A stretch of DNA of 64,000 nt from a bacterium (GTDB lineage Bacteria; Zhuqueibacterota; Zhuqueibacteria; Residuimicrobiales; Krinioviventaceae): positions 992,001 through 1,056,000 of the forward strand of contig OY843751.1 in the NCBI GenBank assembly GCA_963693055.1, in the 5' to 3' direction. Shown piece after piece: positions 19,384-29,598 of the stretch. Below the pieces are notes generated by a model. That model did not search any database. It was not told the origin of the DNA and saw only the letters and a program-made list of their open reading frames with translations. A program made the translations under genes and the position numbers. Each line of letters begins with the position of its first letter. Position 1 is the first letter of the stretch.

Positions 19384-22300
19384 TTAAATTCCCGGTTTAA
19401 TAATAACACCGCGGCTTTCATGTCCGTTCATTCTCACAGAAAACGGCTTGTCAAAGCTCAGGTGTTTTGTGTATTGTTTTTGTTCAACAATATTTTGGTT
19501 ATTCAGCCAATCCCAATCCAGAAAGCAGTTATTGTTTTGATGGTCAATGGTAAAATAACCTACCATAAAAGAGTTCAGGTTTTGGAAAAAGTGAGATCCT
19601 TGCGATGGTGTAACATCAATGTCTTTAAATTTGGCTTCAATAATTACTCTTGCACCCGAAATCTGGTCCCACCTGACGGGTATACCCAACCAGGGATCCA
19701 TGCTGCCCCAACGACCAACACCAATCAACAGATAATGCCGGTTTTGATCTACCAGCTTTGAATTAAAATAACTGACTTCTTGTGCAACCTGAACGCTGGC
19801 AGCCCTTTCAAAGATATCTCTGTCTACCATTATGATATCCTGCAAATGCTCTATAACTCCATTGCCCATGACCTTGGCACTTTTGCAGATCATTTCGTCA
19901 TCATGATATTGATCTATATTTAATACTTCAAGTTCCCGGTTCAATACCATGGGCCGCATTTGCAATATACCAAATTCTTTTTTATCTTTTTGAGATAAAT
20001 TTACCGCATACTCTATTTCCACAGGAGTACCCATACCCCAGCGCCCCATATCCAGAATCAGATCAAGAATCTCGGGCAGGGGGAATGTTTTAAATTTTAA
20101 TAGGGGAGCGAGCGTAATTAACCGAACTCCTGGTTTTGATGTGCCGTCATAAATAATGTCATTCTCTTGAGAATAAGTTGAAGCCAGTTGGAAAAGTGTC
20201 CCATCTTTTTCTGCCACAGATAAGGGATAGCTTTTAATATGGCTGTCTTCAATGTCTTCAGGATTCTCGGGTTCTTTTGATAGATCGAGCGCGAAAAATT
20301 CGGTTTGTGAATTTTTTACAATGTATTTGGGTGCATTGAGCGGATCTTGACGAGACGGATATTTGGGGCAAAATCTTGCCGCTGTACCACCCTCGACAAC
20401 TGTTTTTCCCAAACCCAGTGCCGCGGAGGCAATACCGTCATTGGGTTTTTGTGGTGGCAACGGATAAAAGTTGTACGATCTGGCAACACCTGCAAAATCC
20501 GGATAAAAGCGGTCATTATGCCTTGAACCTATCATGCTTTGAATAATTACCGCCATTTTTTCTTCTTCAAGCCTATATGCAGTTGCTTTGATATAGTTTT
20601 TGGCAGCCTGTAAAAATGTAGAAGCATACACTTTTTTAATGGCCCTTAGCAGGTTTGCCAAGCGTATTAATGGATCAGGGTGGCTGTTGGGCAGCATATA
20701 TGTATTATAAACCCCTGCAAAGGGTTGGTTATGCGAGTCTTCCAGCAAACTAGATGATCGTATTGCCAGAGGGGTATTTACCAGATCCAGAAATGCGATA
20801 AGTTCGCCTAAAATTTCTTCAGGAAAACGTCTTGATTGTAGAAAACGGTGCATGATTTCCTGATCGTCATGGGTGGATAATGCGAATGCGTGCAAATCAT
20901 TTTCATGAAGAAATTCATCAAAGACATCTGTACCAATTACAATTGCCGGGGGTATGCTTATTTTTACTCCCGGAAACTGGTTGTGGATATTGTAATTGTT
21001 GATGAGAATATTTACAAAACTTAGTCCACGCGCCTTGCCTCCCAGAGATCCTCCGCCAATTCTTGATATACTTGAAGAGGGATCATACGTCTCTTTTTTG
21101 AAATCTGTGATAATGCCCTGCTGACGGATTTTCCGGTACTCTTTTAATGACGCAATCAAATCCTGTCGGGCGTTTTCTACATCCGGAAAATCTGTGATTT
21201 TACGGGGACGTAGTTGGTGCGCAAGCCAGAATTCTGTTCTGGCTTTTAACCAGTTTGAAAAATGATTGCGGGCAGCGTGGTACTGAATACTTTCGGCAGG
21301 CACAGATTTTAATTGTTCTTCAAGAGATATTAAATCATTCGCACGGCCTACCTCAACTCCTTCTTTGGTATAAAAAACAAAATCTCCAAAACAGAGATTG
21401 TTGATCATAAAGTGCTGTAATTCGTGCAGAAGGGTGGGAGAATTTTTTAAAACAAATGAAGCTCCAATAGAATGGGCTTCTTTTTCGTTATCAATATTGT
21501 TTGAATTTAACAAGACCGGTATATCCGGATGGCTGTTTAATACGTATTTTGCAAATTCAAGCCCTGCTCTGGAGTCCATTGTGTTGTTGCGTGGAAATTC
21601 AATGTCTGAAATAACACCCAAAATAGTTTCATTATAATTATCGTAATACGATTTTGCTTCTTCATAGGTTTTACATAAAAGTATTTTGGGCCGTGCCCGC
21701 TGCCGCAGTTGCTTGTGCGATAAATTGATGCCTTCAGAGATCAGACGCTGTGATTGACGCATGGTCTCCAGATAGATCATGGGCAGGAAGGAGGAATAAT
21801 ACCTTACATTATCTTCTATTACTATAATGGATTGCACACCAACCAGATTGGTATCATGATCTACGTTTAGTTTATCTTCCAGATGTTTTATAATTGCAAG
21901 TAATAGTCTAAAATCTCCCTGCCAGATAAAGATTTGATCAAAAACTGATGAATCTTGGTGTAAAAGCAGGTCAGACAATTCCCGATTATCGAACGCAAGC
22001 AGAACAATGGGTATGCCAATATCCAGAGATTTTACCTTTTCTGCAAAATTGGAAACCCGCATGTCTTCAATGTGCAAAGTAGTTAAAATAAGGTCGAACC
22101 TGCGTTCTTCCTGGATGATTGCCAGGGCTTCTTTACCGCTCGAAACCCGGGTCAATTCGGGCGAGTGGCTTAAATTTAATCCCTGGTATTTCTCACGGAT
22201 CAATTCATACAATCTTCCGTCTTCTTCAAACACATAGAGATCATACAAGCTGGATACCAATAGAATGTCTCTGATACGCAATCGCATAAGATTTTGGAAC

Positions 22301-22389
22301 CCTTGAAATCGGGTTCCATACCCATGCTCGACCCATAATGGGTCGGCATGGGGCAGAACTTTAATATTAGATGACATAGTATCTTTCAA
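19384..22389 (-). CDS. PEP/pyruvate-binding (PPDK_N) domain protein with N-terminal receiver-like domains
   Basis: Receiver-like segments (ILLVSS..D, IIVIEDN, VISDIEFP); IGGGSLGGKARGL, LAIRSSSLLEDS, FAGVY, EEKMAVIIQ, GLGKTVVEG, LQMRPM; C-terminal GRWGS...SQGSHFFQN; alternative ATG 22377. Confidence 0.85.
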   Translation of the reverse strand: MKDTMSSNIKVLPHADPLWVEHGYGTRFQGFQNLMRLRIRDILLVSSLYDLYVFEEDGRLYELIREKYQGLNLSHSPELTRVSSGKEALAIIQEERRFDLILTTLHIEDMRVSNFAEKVKSLDIGIPIVLLAFDNRELSDLLLHQDSSVFDQIFIWQGDFRLLLAIIKHLEDKLNVDHDTNLVGVQSIIVIEDNVRYYSSFLPMIYLETMRQSQRLISEGINLSHKQLRQRARPKILLCKTYEEAKSYYDNYNETILGVISDIEFPRNNTMDSRAGLEFAKYVLNSHPDIPVLLNSNNIDNEKEAHSIGASFVLKNSPTLLHELQHFMINNLCFGDFVFYTKEGVEVGRANDLISLEEQLKSVPAESIQYHAARNHFSNWLKARTEFWLAHQLRPRKITDFPDVENARQDLIASLKEYRKIRQQGIITDFKKETYDPSSSISRIGGGSLGGKARGLSFVNILINNYNIHNQFPGVKISIPPAIVIGTDVFDEFLHENDLHAFALSTHDDQEIMHRFLQSRRFPEEILGELIAFLDLVNTPLAIRSSSLLEDSHNQPFAGVYNTYMLPNSHPDPLIRLANLLRAIKKVYASTFLQAAKNYIKATAYRLEEEKMAVIIQSMIGSRHNDRFYPDFAGVARSYNFYPLPPQKPNDGIASAALGLGKTVVEGGTAARFCPKYPSRQDPLNAPKYIVKNSQTEFFALDLSKEPENPEDIEDSHIKSYPLSVAEKDGTLFQLASTYSQENDIIYDGTSKPGVRLITLAPLLKFKTFPLPEILDLILDMGRWGMGTPVEIEYAVNLSQKDKKEFGILQMRPMVLNRELEVLNIDQYHDDEMICKSAKVMGNGVIEHLQDIIMVDRDIFERAASVQVAQEVSYFNSKLVDQNRHYLLIGVGRWGSMDPWLGIPVRWDQISGARVIIEAKFKDIDVTPSQGSHFFQNLNSFMVGYFTIDHQNNNCFLDWDWLNNQNIVEQKQYTKHLSFDKPFSVRMNGHESRGVIIKPGI

Positions 22390-22395
22390 TTCTTG

Positions 22396-23757
22396 TTATA
22401 CAATACCCTGATCAATCATGGCATCCGCAACTTTGAGAAAACCACCAATATTGGCACCATTTACATAATTGCCCGGAGTACCAAATCTTTCGGCAACATC
22501 AACACAGGTTTTATGGATGTTTTTCATGATCATATGCAAACGTTCATCCACTTCTTTGCGGGTCCAGGGGAGACGCATCGAGTTTTGTGTCATTTCAAGT
22601 CCTGAAACCGCTACCCCACCGGCATTGGCAGCTTTGCCCGGTGCATAGAGCGCACCCGCATCCAAAAATACTTTGACGCCATCAATGGTTGTGGGCATGT
22701 TAGCACCTTCACTGATTACATCAACACCGTTCTTGAGCAGGTTTTCAGCATCTTTTTTATTGATCTCATTTTGTGTTGCACTTGGGAAAGCGCAATCTGC
22801 TTTATGGTCCCAAAGTGGGTTATGATCCAGATTGTGGTCCAGATCGGTATAAACCGCACTTTTATATTTTTCCGCATATTCTTTAATTCTGCCGCGTCGT
22901 TGGTTTTTGAGCTCCATAACAAATTCCAGCTTTTCGCTGTCAATTCCTGCTTCGTCATAAATATAGCCATTTGAATCAGAAAGTGTTACAACTTTGCCGC
23001 CCAATGCTATAACTTTTTCAGTGGTAAATTGTGCAACATTACCGGAACCTGATACCAGACAGATCTTTCCTTCAAGTGTTTTGCCCTTGGTTTCAAGCAT
23101 TTCTGCTGCCATATAAACTGCGCCATATCCGGTTGCTTCGGGTCTTATTAAAGAACCACCCCAGTTCAGTCCTTTACCTGTAAGTACACCGGTGAATTCA
23201 TTTTTGAGTTTTTTATATTGACCAAAAAGAAAACCGATCTCGCGTCCGCCAACACCAATATCACCTGCGGGTACATCCGTGTTTGGGCCAATATGACGGT
23301 AAAGTTCACTCATAAAGCTCTGACAAAAGCGCATTACTTCATTGTCACTCTTGCCTTTGGGATCAAAGTCAGAACCACCCTTGCCACCACCCAGTGGGAG
23401 CGAGGTAAGGCTGTTTTTAAATACCTGTTCAAAAGCCAGAAATTTTAAAATACTTAGATTTACAGAGGGGTGGAACCGGAGTCCGCCTTTATATGGACCA
23501 ATTGCGCTGTTCATTTCAATTCTGAATCCCCGGTTTATTTGCACTTCTCCCTGATCATCAACCCAGGGAACGCGAAACATTAGAACACGTTCAGGCTCAA
23601 TGATCCTTTCAAATATTTTTACAGAGCGGTATTCAGGATAACGGTCATAAACCAGTGCTACAGATTCAGCTACTTCTTCAACAGCTTGTAAAAATTCGCT
23701 TTCATGCGCGTTTTTTGCTTTTACATCGCTCATCAGGGAATTGATAAAATCCGACAT
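22396..23757 (-). CDS. gdhA: NADP-specific glutamate dehydrogenase
   Basis: GPYKGGLRFHPSVN, GGGKGGSDFDPKGKSD, DVPAGDIGVG, RPEATGYG, GKAANAGGVAVSGLEM. Confidence 0.96.
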   Translation of the reverse strand: MSDFINSLMSDVKAKNAHESEFLQAVEEVAESVALVYDRYPEYRSVKIFERIIEPERVLMFRVPWVDDQGEVQINRGFRIEMNSAIGPYKGGLRFHPSVNLSILKFLAFEQVFKNSLTSLPLGGGKGGSDFDPKGKSDNEVMRFCQSFMSELYRHIGPNTDVPAGDIGVGGREIGFLFGQYKKLKNEFTGVLTGKGLNWGGSLIRPEATGYGAVYMAAEMLETKGKTLEGKICLVSGSGNVAQFTTEKVIALGGKVVTLSDSNGYIYDEAGIDSEKLEFVMELKNQRRGRIKEYAEKYKSAVYTDLDHNLDHNPLWDHKADCAFPSATQNEINKKDAENLLKNGVDVISEGANMPTTIDGVKVFLDAGALYAPGKAANAGGVAVSGLEMTQNSMRLPWTRKEVDERLHMIMKNIHKTCVDVAERFGTPGNYVNGANIGGFLKVADAMIDQGIV

Positions 23758-24034
23758 GATAACCTCTTTATTATAATTTTCAAGATTTTTAGGAAAAGAT
23801 GCAGAATATCATGTGGATTTACGGGAAAGATAAATTCAGCAGGGTACACTCTAATTGTGGATATATTAGAACCATAGCACCTGTTTTTAGTGACTACCTC
23901 GGTAGAGTATACAAAATTTAATATTTCTCTGCAACCTTTTTTTGTTTTTGTATACAGGGAATACAAATTTATTGTTTGCAACATTGTCTTAAATCTGTTA
24001 CTTTAAAAGAAAAATTATAATAAAAGGAGGGCCC

Positions 24035-25609
24035 ATGAAGAATCTGTTTGCGGGAATAGACAGTTCTACCCAAAGTACCAAATTGCTTGTGCTGGATATT
24101 GATGAGAATAAAGTTGTACATGTGGATGCTGTGAATTATGATAATGATTTACCTCAATATAATACCCGAAATGGTGTTGTAGCTAGTCAAACTGAAGGCG
24201 CATCCGAATCAGATCCCATGATGTGGGTAGAGGCTTTGAATATATTATTCGCGCGTTTACAGAAATCTAATGTTCCTCAACAAAATATTAAAGCGATAGC
24301 CGTTTCAGGGCAACAGCATGGCTTGGTCACTCTGGATGCAGAGGGAAACCTTACACGGAAAACCAGTAAATTGTGGAATGATTTTAGTACCCAGCAGGAA
24401 TGTGATTTGATGACCGAGGCTGTCGGCGGGCTCGATGCCATGATTGAGGAGGTTGGCAACAGTCAGCGAACGGGTTATACGGCAGCAAAGATTTTTCATA
24501 TGGTTCGTAACGAGCCGGAGGCTTTTGCAAAAACCTCTACCTGCTTTTTGGTCCACAACTTTATCAACTGGTATCTCACGGGAGGTAAAGATGGTGGAGT
24601 ACGGATGATGGAACCGGGAGATACTTCCGGAATGGCACTTTGGGACCCCAAAACCGGCAAATGGTCTGAAAAAGTTATGAATGCCATTTCACCGGATTTG
24701 AAAAATAAAATCCCACCCCTTGAACCTGCTGATAAATCTATTGGAACTATTGGAAAAACACTTGCGGAACAATATGGATTTGATCCCGAATGCCGAATTG
24801 ATGCCGGCTGTGGAGACAATATGTATGGTGCAGTGGGTACTGGTAATGTAGAACCAGGTATTGTAACGATCAGCCTGGGTACCAGTGGAACAGCTTATAC
24901 ATTCCTGAATGAACCTTATGTTGATCCTACCGGCGAAATAGCTGCCTTTTGTGACAGTACCGGTCATTATTTGCCTTTGTTATGTGTATCTAATCTGGCA
25001 AATGGATACAACGCAATTATTGACCAATTTAAATTGAGTCATAAAGAATTTGTAGAAATTGTTAATACGGTTCCGGTTGGAAATGAGGGACGTTTGCTGA
25101 TTCCCTGGTATATGGGTGAACGCACTCCGGATGTACCCCAGGCAAGTCCGGTTTATTTTGGTTTTGATTTGGATGATTTTACAAAGGAAAAATTGTGCAG
25201 AGCCGTATTAGAGGGCCATATACTAAATCTGTACGATGGTTTCAGGAAAATGCCAGTCCAGGCAAAAGAAATTCGGGTAACCGGTGGACTTGCACAATCA
25301 GAAGCCTGGGTACAAACTATTGCAGACGTATTTGAGGCAGAAGCTGTGCCGGTTGAAGGTGAAGGAGCGGCATTGGGCGCAGCGCTACACGCAGCATGGG
25401 TATATGATAAAGAAAACGGTGGTAACGCTTCCTTGAAAGAAATAACCGATCCTTTTGTAATATTACGTGAAGAAAGACGCTGTAAACCTGTTCCTGAAAA
25501 TGTGGATGTGTTTAAAGTGCAAAAATCCATGTTTTCTGCACTAAGTAAACGTGTCAGGGGACACCATTCTACTGATGATCCATTTGCTTTGCGAGCAAAA
25601 ATGTTATAA
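24035..25609 (+). CDS. xylB: FGGY carbohydrate kinase, xylulokinase-like
   Basis: GIDSSTQSTK, SGQQHG, KLWND, GDNM, SLGTSGT, GERTP. Confidence 0.85.
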   Translation: MKNLFAGIDSSTQSTKLLVLDIDENKVVHVDAVNYDNDLPQYNTRNGVVASQTEGASESDPMMWVEALNILFARLQKSNVPQQNIKAIAVSGQQHGLVTLDAEGNLTRKTSKLWNDFSTQQECDLMTEAVGGLDAMIEEVGNSQRTGYTAAKIFHMVRNEPEAFAKTSTCFLVHNFINWYLTGGKDGGVRMMEPGDTSGMALWDPKTGKWSEKVMNAISPDLKNKIPPLEPADKSIGTIGKTLAEQYGFDPECRIDAGCGDNMYGAVGTGNVEPGIVTISLGTSGTAYTFLNEPYVDPTGEIAAFCDSTGHYLPLLCVSNLANGYNAIIDQFKLSHKEFVEIVNTVPVGNEGRLLIPWYMGERTPDVPQASPVYFGFDLDDFTKEKLCRAVLEGHILNLYDGFRKMPVQAKEIRVTGGLAQSEAWVQTIADVFEAEAVPVEGEGAALGAALHAAWVYDKENGGNASLKEITDPFVILREERRCKPVPENVDVFKVQKSMFSALSKRVRGHHSTDDPFALRAKML

Positions 25610-25617
25610 TAACCCAT

Positions 25618-25642
25618 TCCCCCGGTAAGCCGGGGGAGTTTT
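25618..25642 (+). terminator. Intrinsic terminator
   Basis: TCCCCCGG-TAAG-CCGGGGGA then GTTTT. Confidence 0.65.
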
Positions 25643-25775
25643 CCTTTCAAGAAATAATAATTATTTGTATATTGTTGAAAATAAAAAAGTGGTTAAATGT
25701 TCATTTGTTAATACCTGTGGGCTGACACTGCATTAAAATTTGGTTATAATCCATTCATATAAAAAGGAGATTTAC

Positions 25776-26240
25776 ATGCAAGTTGCAAAAGACATGGTTG
25801 TTGCCATGCATTATACATTGGTATTAGAGAATGGTGAAATTGCAGATACTTCAGCAGACCGGGAACCGTTGAGTTTCATTTGTGGTCACAGTCAGATTAT
25901 ACCTGGTTTGGAAAACGAATTGATGGGAATGTCTGTTGGTGACAAGAAAACTGTCAAAGTTGCGCCCAAAGATGCTTATGGTGAATATGATGAAAGTTTG
26001 TTACAACGGGCACCTAGAGAACAAATCCCTGAAAATATAGAGTTGAAAGAAGGTTTGGTATTACGTGCAAATAGTGAAGATGGCCAAATTATGGAATTTG
26101 TTGTAAAATCTTTTGATGAAAAAGAAGTTGTCTTTGATTTGAACCATCCTCTTGCAGGCGAAACACTGACTTTTGAGACTGAAATCATGGAAGTACGAGC
26201 AGCAAGTTCTGAAGAAATTGATCATGGACATGTTCATTAA
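25776..26240 (+). CDS. slyD: FKBP-type peptidyl-prolyl isomerase SlyD
   Basis: IIPGLE, AYGEYD, DLNHPLAG, EEIDHGHVH; ATG 25776 after AAGGAG. Confidence 0.92.
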   Translation: MQVAKDMVVAMHYTLVLENGEIADTSADREPLSFICGHSQIIPGLENELMGMSVGDKKTVKVAPKDAYGEYDESLLQRAPREQIPENIELKEGLVLRANSEDGQIMEFVVKSFDEKEVVFDLNHPLAGETLTFETEIMEVRAASSEEIDHGHVH

Positions 26241-26250
26241 GATTTTTTTA

Positions 26251-26288
26251 AAAAAAAGGCTGTCCTCAAAATTGGGACGGCCTTTTTT
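26251..26288. terminator. Bidirectional terminator (slyD / TPR-GWxTD gene)
   Basis: AAAAAAAGGCTGTCC-loop-GGACGGCCTTTTTT. Confidence 0.8.
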
Positions 26289-26291
26289 ATT

Positions 26292-28865
26292 TTAATCATT
26301 ACTTGCCTGATAATTGGGGTGTTCTATTGTAATTCCTACTTTTTTTGTATATTTTTGCCCGCTGTTCAAGTCTTTTATATTGATGATTAAATCATAAATT
26401 CCTGTTTCCTGATTTCCTACAGCCAGATTGAGGTAAATGCTTTCGTCGCGGGCTATACCCTGATAGTCAAATGCCGTTCCGGTTTGCCCGTCTTTTCCCA
26501 GCAGACTTTTAAAGAAACCATACAGTTTCTGTTCTTTTAGGTTTTCTATGGGACCAGCCGGTTTTAAACTGCACTCTAAATTGAAATGAGTTTTAAATTC
26601 ATTGTTGAGAATTAAATTGTATATTTCAAAATAGATGCCAATTGTGGCATTTGACGGATAAGCTGAAAACATGTGAGGTGTATAAGTGATATCATTTTTG
26701 GTGAATTTGGAATATTCGGTTTTTACTGTAATCGGATTGGATAGAATTACATCACTGGTTAAAAGTTGATTTGTATTATAGTTAACAATCTCAAGCGTGT
26801 CTCTATAAACTCCTGTACGATGAGATAAAAGGTCAGTAAATTGTAATTCATAAACATGAGAGCCGGGTTTGATAGAAGTACGATCTAATCTAACAGCTGA
26901 ATTGTATTTCCAGACATCCGGTCTAACATCTACCGGTACTTTTTCAGTTTTTTTGATTCGAACTGAAGGGTCCCAATTCCTGTCATACATACCTAAAAAT
27001 GTTTTCAGGTGCAATTCAGGGGGAGACTGAGAACGGTCCAGAACAGTTTGGTTGCCTTCCAGCAGATAATAAAGCTCAAGATCCGTTTGATTGTTTTCAC
27101 CTTTAAAACTCAGAAAGGTATAAGGAATGGTTAGTGGCTTTGAAATGTATCTATAATCTGAACTTTCAGTTTGTAGTGCTGATTTTAAATCATCAAGTGT
27201 TTCTTTTTTAAATTCAACACACATACGTTTAACTTGTTCAATATCAGGCCTGTCCATAAAAGAGACTACACTCAATTGCCCGTATTTAGGATCAAGGTCT
27301 TCCCGGCCTGCTGGTGCATATGGGATGGCCTCAATAACCCATCCCAGAAATCCGCCGTATTTTTTGAAATGGAAAATCATTTCTGGGCGGGTATCGGTTT
27401 TGAAATATTTCCAGCTGAGGTTCATTGGCAGGTTGTCAAAATATTCTTTACGGTATAAACTTTCACCCAGATCAGCCCTGGGAACCCGTGGCGCTCCTAC
27501 CGCCATTTGGGCTTCATCATCAGGAGATTCGTTCAGTCTTCTGGCAATTTCACCTGAATTGGCGCTGATCCCTCCAACAATATGACGCATTGACGCATCA
27601 TATTCATCCTGTTTTTTTAGACGCCATGCAATATAATCTTCTGAAATAATATTTGGCATGCCATCCATTGATCTTGCCTGGTCATCCGGGAATCCATGGC
27701 GTATAAAAATGAGCCCTAGGTCGTCCAGATCCCGTTCACTATTGATGATAGCTTGAGGAAAACCAGCTGCTTTGAGCATTTGTGAACCCTGAATATTGTA
27801 GTTGGCAAAGGGATGAGAGTCCTGATAGGCTACTTCGTTAAATCTGTTACTCAACATGTATCTGCGAAAGTTTTTTTGAGCAAATGCAAGTCTTCGGTAA
27901 TGTTCACCAATTCTTTCGTTTTCCAGAGTAGCATAATTGGGGTCGCGAACATTCCAAAAGCGTTTATAAAAAATTGGCAGGTCCTGCATGCGCGTGTTTT
28001 GTAATTTGTCATGCTCCTTATCAGTTAACAGGTAGCTAAGATCTTTATAAATTTCAATTACTGTTGAGCTGTCTTGAATGTTTTCAATAGCTTTCCAATA
28101 GTGTTTTAATCCCTTTGCATCATCCTGCATATTGAAATAGTTTCTGGCCAAAAGCAGATCAAGCATGCTTGTAGAATAATTCGGGAATATTTTTTGTGTT
28201 TCTAATAACTGATCCAGGCTGAGCTGGTAATGTCCTGCAGCAAAATGGACATGCGCGAGGTTCAGGTAATACTGGGGATTGTTCGGATTTTTTTCTATCA
28301 GATAGTTGATGGTTTCGATTATGTTTTCATTGTCTTGCATCCATATTGCAATTTCAAGGAATTGCTGGAATATTTCCTGATTATCGGGATTGTGTCGAAT
28401 GGCTTTGTTGTATAATTTTAGGGTTTGTTCCGGCATATCTAATAGTTTATTGGCATTGCCTATTTCAAGCCATGCATCTGAAATAGTGGGATCGTATATG
28501 ACAGCTTTTTCAAAATAATCGCGAGCTTTGATGATGCGTTTGGGTCGATGTTTGTAGACCATTCCCATTTGATAATATGCGCGTGCATATTCCCTGTCAA
28601 GTTGAGTTGCCCTTCTAAATTCGTTCAAGGCATCCCTCCCCGCGGGATTTTTTGAATAATAAACCATACCCATGCCATAATGTGCCTGGGCAATATCATT
28701 ATCCTTGTCCAGGATAGATTTGAACAGTTTTTCTGCTTTTTTTAATTCTTTTTTGTAGACATGTGACATCCCCTGGTCGAACAATGGCTGCCACCAAAGA
28801 TCAGCTTCTGATGCTAACAAAACCGATGAAAAGAAGATTACTGCTAAACAGGTAATATTTTTCAA
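26292..28865 (-). CDS. Exported TPR-repeat protein with GWxTD-like domain
   Basis: Signal peptide; several TPRs (AQAHYGMGMVY, ARAYYQMGMVY, DAWLEIG); FWNVRDPNYATLENERIGEHYRRLAFA and DDLGLIFIRHGFPD; C-terminal Ig-like domains. Confidence 0.75.
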   Translation of the reverse strand: MKNITCLAVIFFSSVLLASEADLWWQPLFDQGMSHVYKKELKKAEKLFKSILDKDNDIAQAHYGMGMVYYSKNPAGRDALNEFRRATQLDREYARAYYQMGMVYKHRPKRIIKARDYFEKAVIYDPTISDAWLEIGNANKLLDMPEQTLKLYNKAIRHNPDNQEIFQQFLEIAIWMQDNENIIETINYLIEKNPNNPQYYLNLAHVHFAAGHYQLSLDQLLETQKIFPNYSTSMLDLLLARNYFNMQDDAKGLKHYWKAIENIQDSSTVIEIYKDLSYLLTDKEHDKLQNTRMQDLPIFYKRFWNVRDPNYATLENERIGEHYRRLAFAQKNFRRYMLSNRFNEVAYQDSHPFANYNIQGSQMLKAAGFPQAIINSERDLDDLGLIFIRHGFPDDQARSMDGMPNIISEDYIAWRLKKQDEYDASMRHIVGGISANSGEIARRLNESPDDEAQMAVGAPRVPRADLGESLYRKEYFDNLPMNLSWKYFKTDTRPEMIFHFKKYGGFLGWVIEAIPYAPAGREDLDPKYGQLSVVSFMDRPDIEQVKRMCVEFKKETLDDLKSALQTESSDYRYISKPLTIPYTFLSFKGENNQTDLELYYLLEGNQTVLDRSQSPPELHLKTFLGMYDRNWDPSVRIKKTEKVPVDVRPDVWKYNSAVRLDRTSIKPGSHVYELQFTDLLSHRTGVYRDTLEIVNYNTNQLLTSDVILSNPITVKTEYSKFTKNDITYTPHMFSAYPSNATIGIYFEIYNLILNNEFKTHFNLECSLKPAGPIENLKEQKLYGFFKSLLGKDGQTGTAFDYQGIARDESIYLNLAVGNQETGIYDLIINIKDLNSGQKYTKKVGITIEHPNYQASND

Positions 28866-28998
28866 TGTACTCTCCCCATATGTTCAAGTTATTTGAAATG
28901 TTGCTAATGGTACCCCAACTGATATTACAAAACAAGCCATATTAATTTATATAAAAAAATTATCATAAATGCAAGAAATTAAAAGCCTTTTTTTTATT

Positions 28999-29574
28999 TC
29001 AAGGAGTTGTGAATGATGGCTCTGTGGGTTCTGTGATGGCCGTGTCACGTTCCCAACCGCTGTATTGTAATTCAAGGGATTCTATTGCAATTTCGTTTGA
29101 ATTGGCATCAAACTCGGTTACAGGGCTGTATTGTGCCGGCCAGCAGTTGTAAACCTTGAAGGCCATAACAATTTGTCCTGCTTCATTCAGCAATTCAATT
29201 ATTATGTCTTTTTTATATTCAGATTGGGGTGTACTAGAATTGTTATTCCAGACCTGGGTTGCCCATTGTTCAAAGGATGTATCATGAGTGCGGCCCCGCT
29301 CAAGTAAAAGAGGCTGAACAGTTGTTTTTCCGGGCACCTGCTTAACTGTACCGTTTTTGTCATTTCCTGATTTATAAACCATTATTTGAGTTTCCCGGTG
29401 CAAACCACTGATATGGAAAATTCCGGGTATATATTTCCCGTCCCATTTTACTCTGAATTTACTGCGATTATAAGGATTTGTTCGGTGTGTATTTACAGCA
29501 AACTCGATTGCAATGGATGAACCTGTTGCAAATAGTATTAAAAGGATTATCGAAACAATTCTAATTTTTTTCAT
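28999..29574 (-). CDS. Phage/eCIS tail-tube protein (T4 gp19/Afp1-like) with Sec signal peptide
   Basis: Signal MKKIRIVSIILLILFATGSSIA then IEFAVN..R.NPY...KFRVKWDGKY, LERGRTHD..FEQWA, KKDIIIELLNEAGQ...FKVYNCWP, DANSNEIAIE, GWERD...EPTEPSF; RBS AGGAG. Confidence 0.88.
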   Translation of the reverse strand: MKKIRIVSIILLILFATGSSIAIEFAVNTHRTNPYNRSKFRVKWDGKYIPGIFHISGLHRETQIMVYKSGNDKNGTVKQVPGKTTVQPLLLERGRTHDTSFEQWATQVWNNNSSTPQSEYKKDIIIELLNEAGQIVMAFKVYNCWPAQYSPVTEFDANSNEIAIESLELQYSGWERDTAITEPTEPSFTTP

Positions 29575-29598
29575 AATGAACTCCTGATTTTCAATATA

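Noticed and set aside
23733-23984. 83 aa ORF or leader peptide upstream of gdhA
   Set aside because: No RBS or motif; lies in the divergent gdhA/xylB promoter region; no recognisable riboswitch
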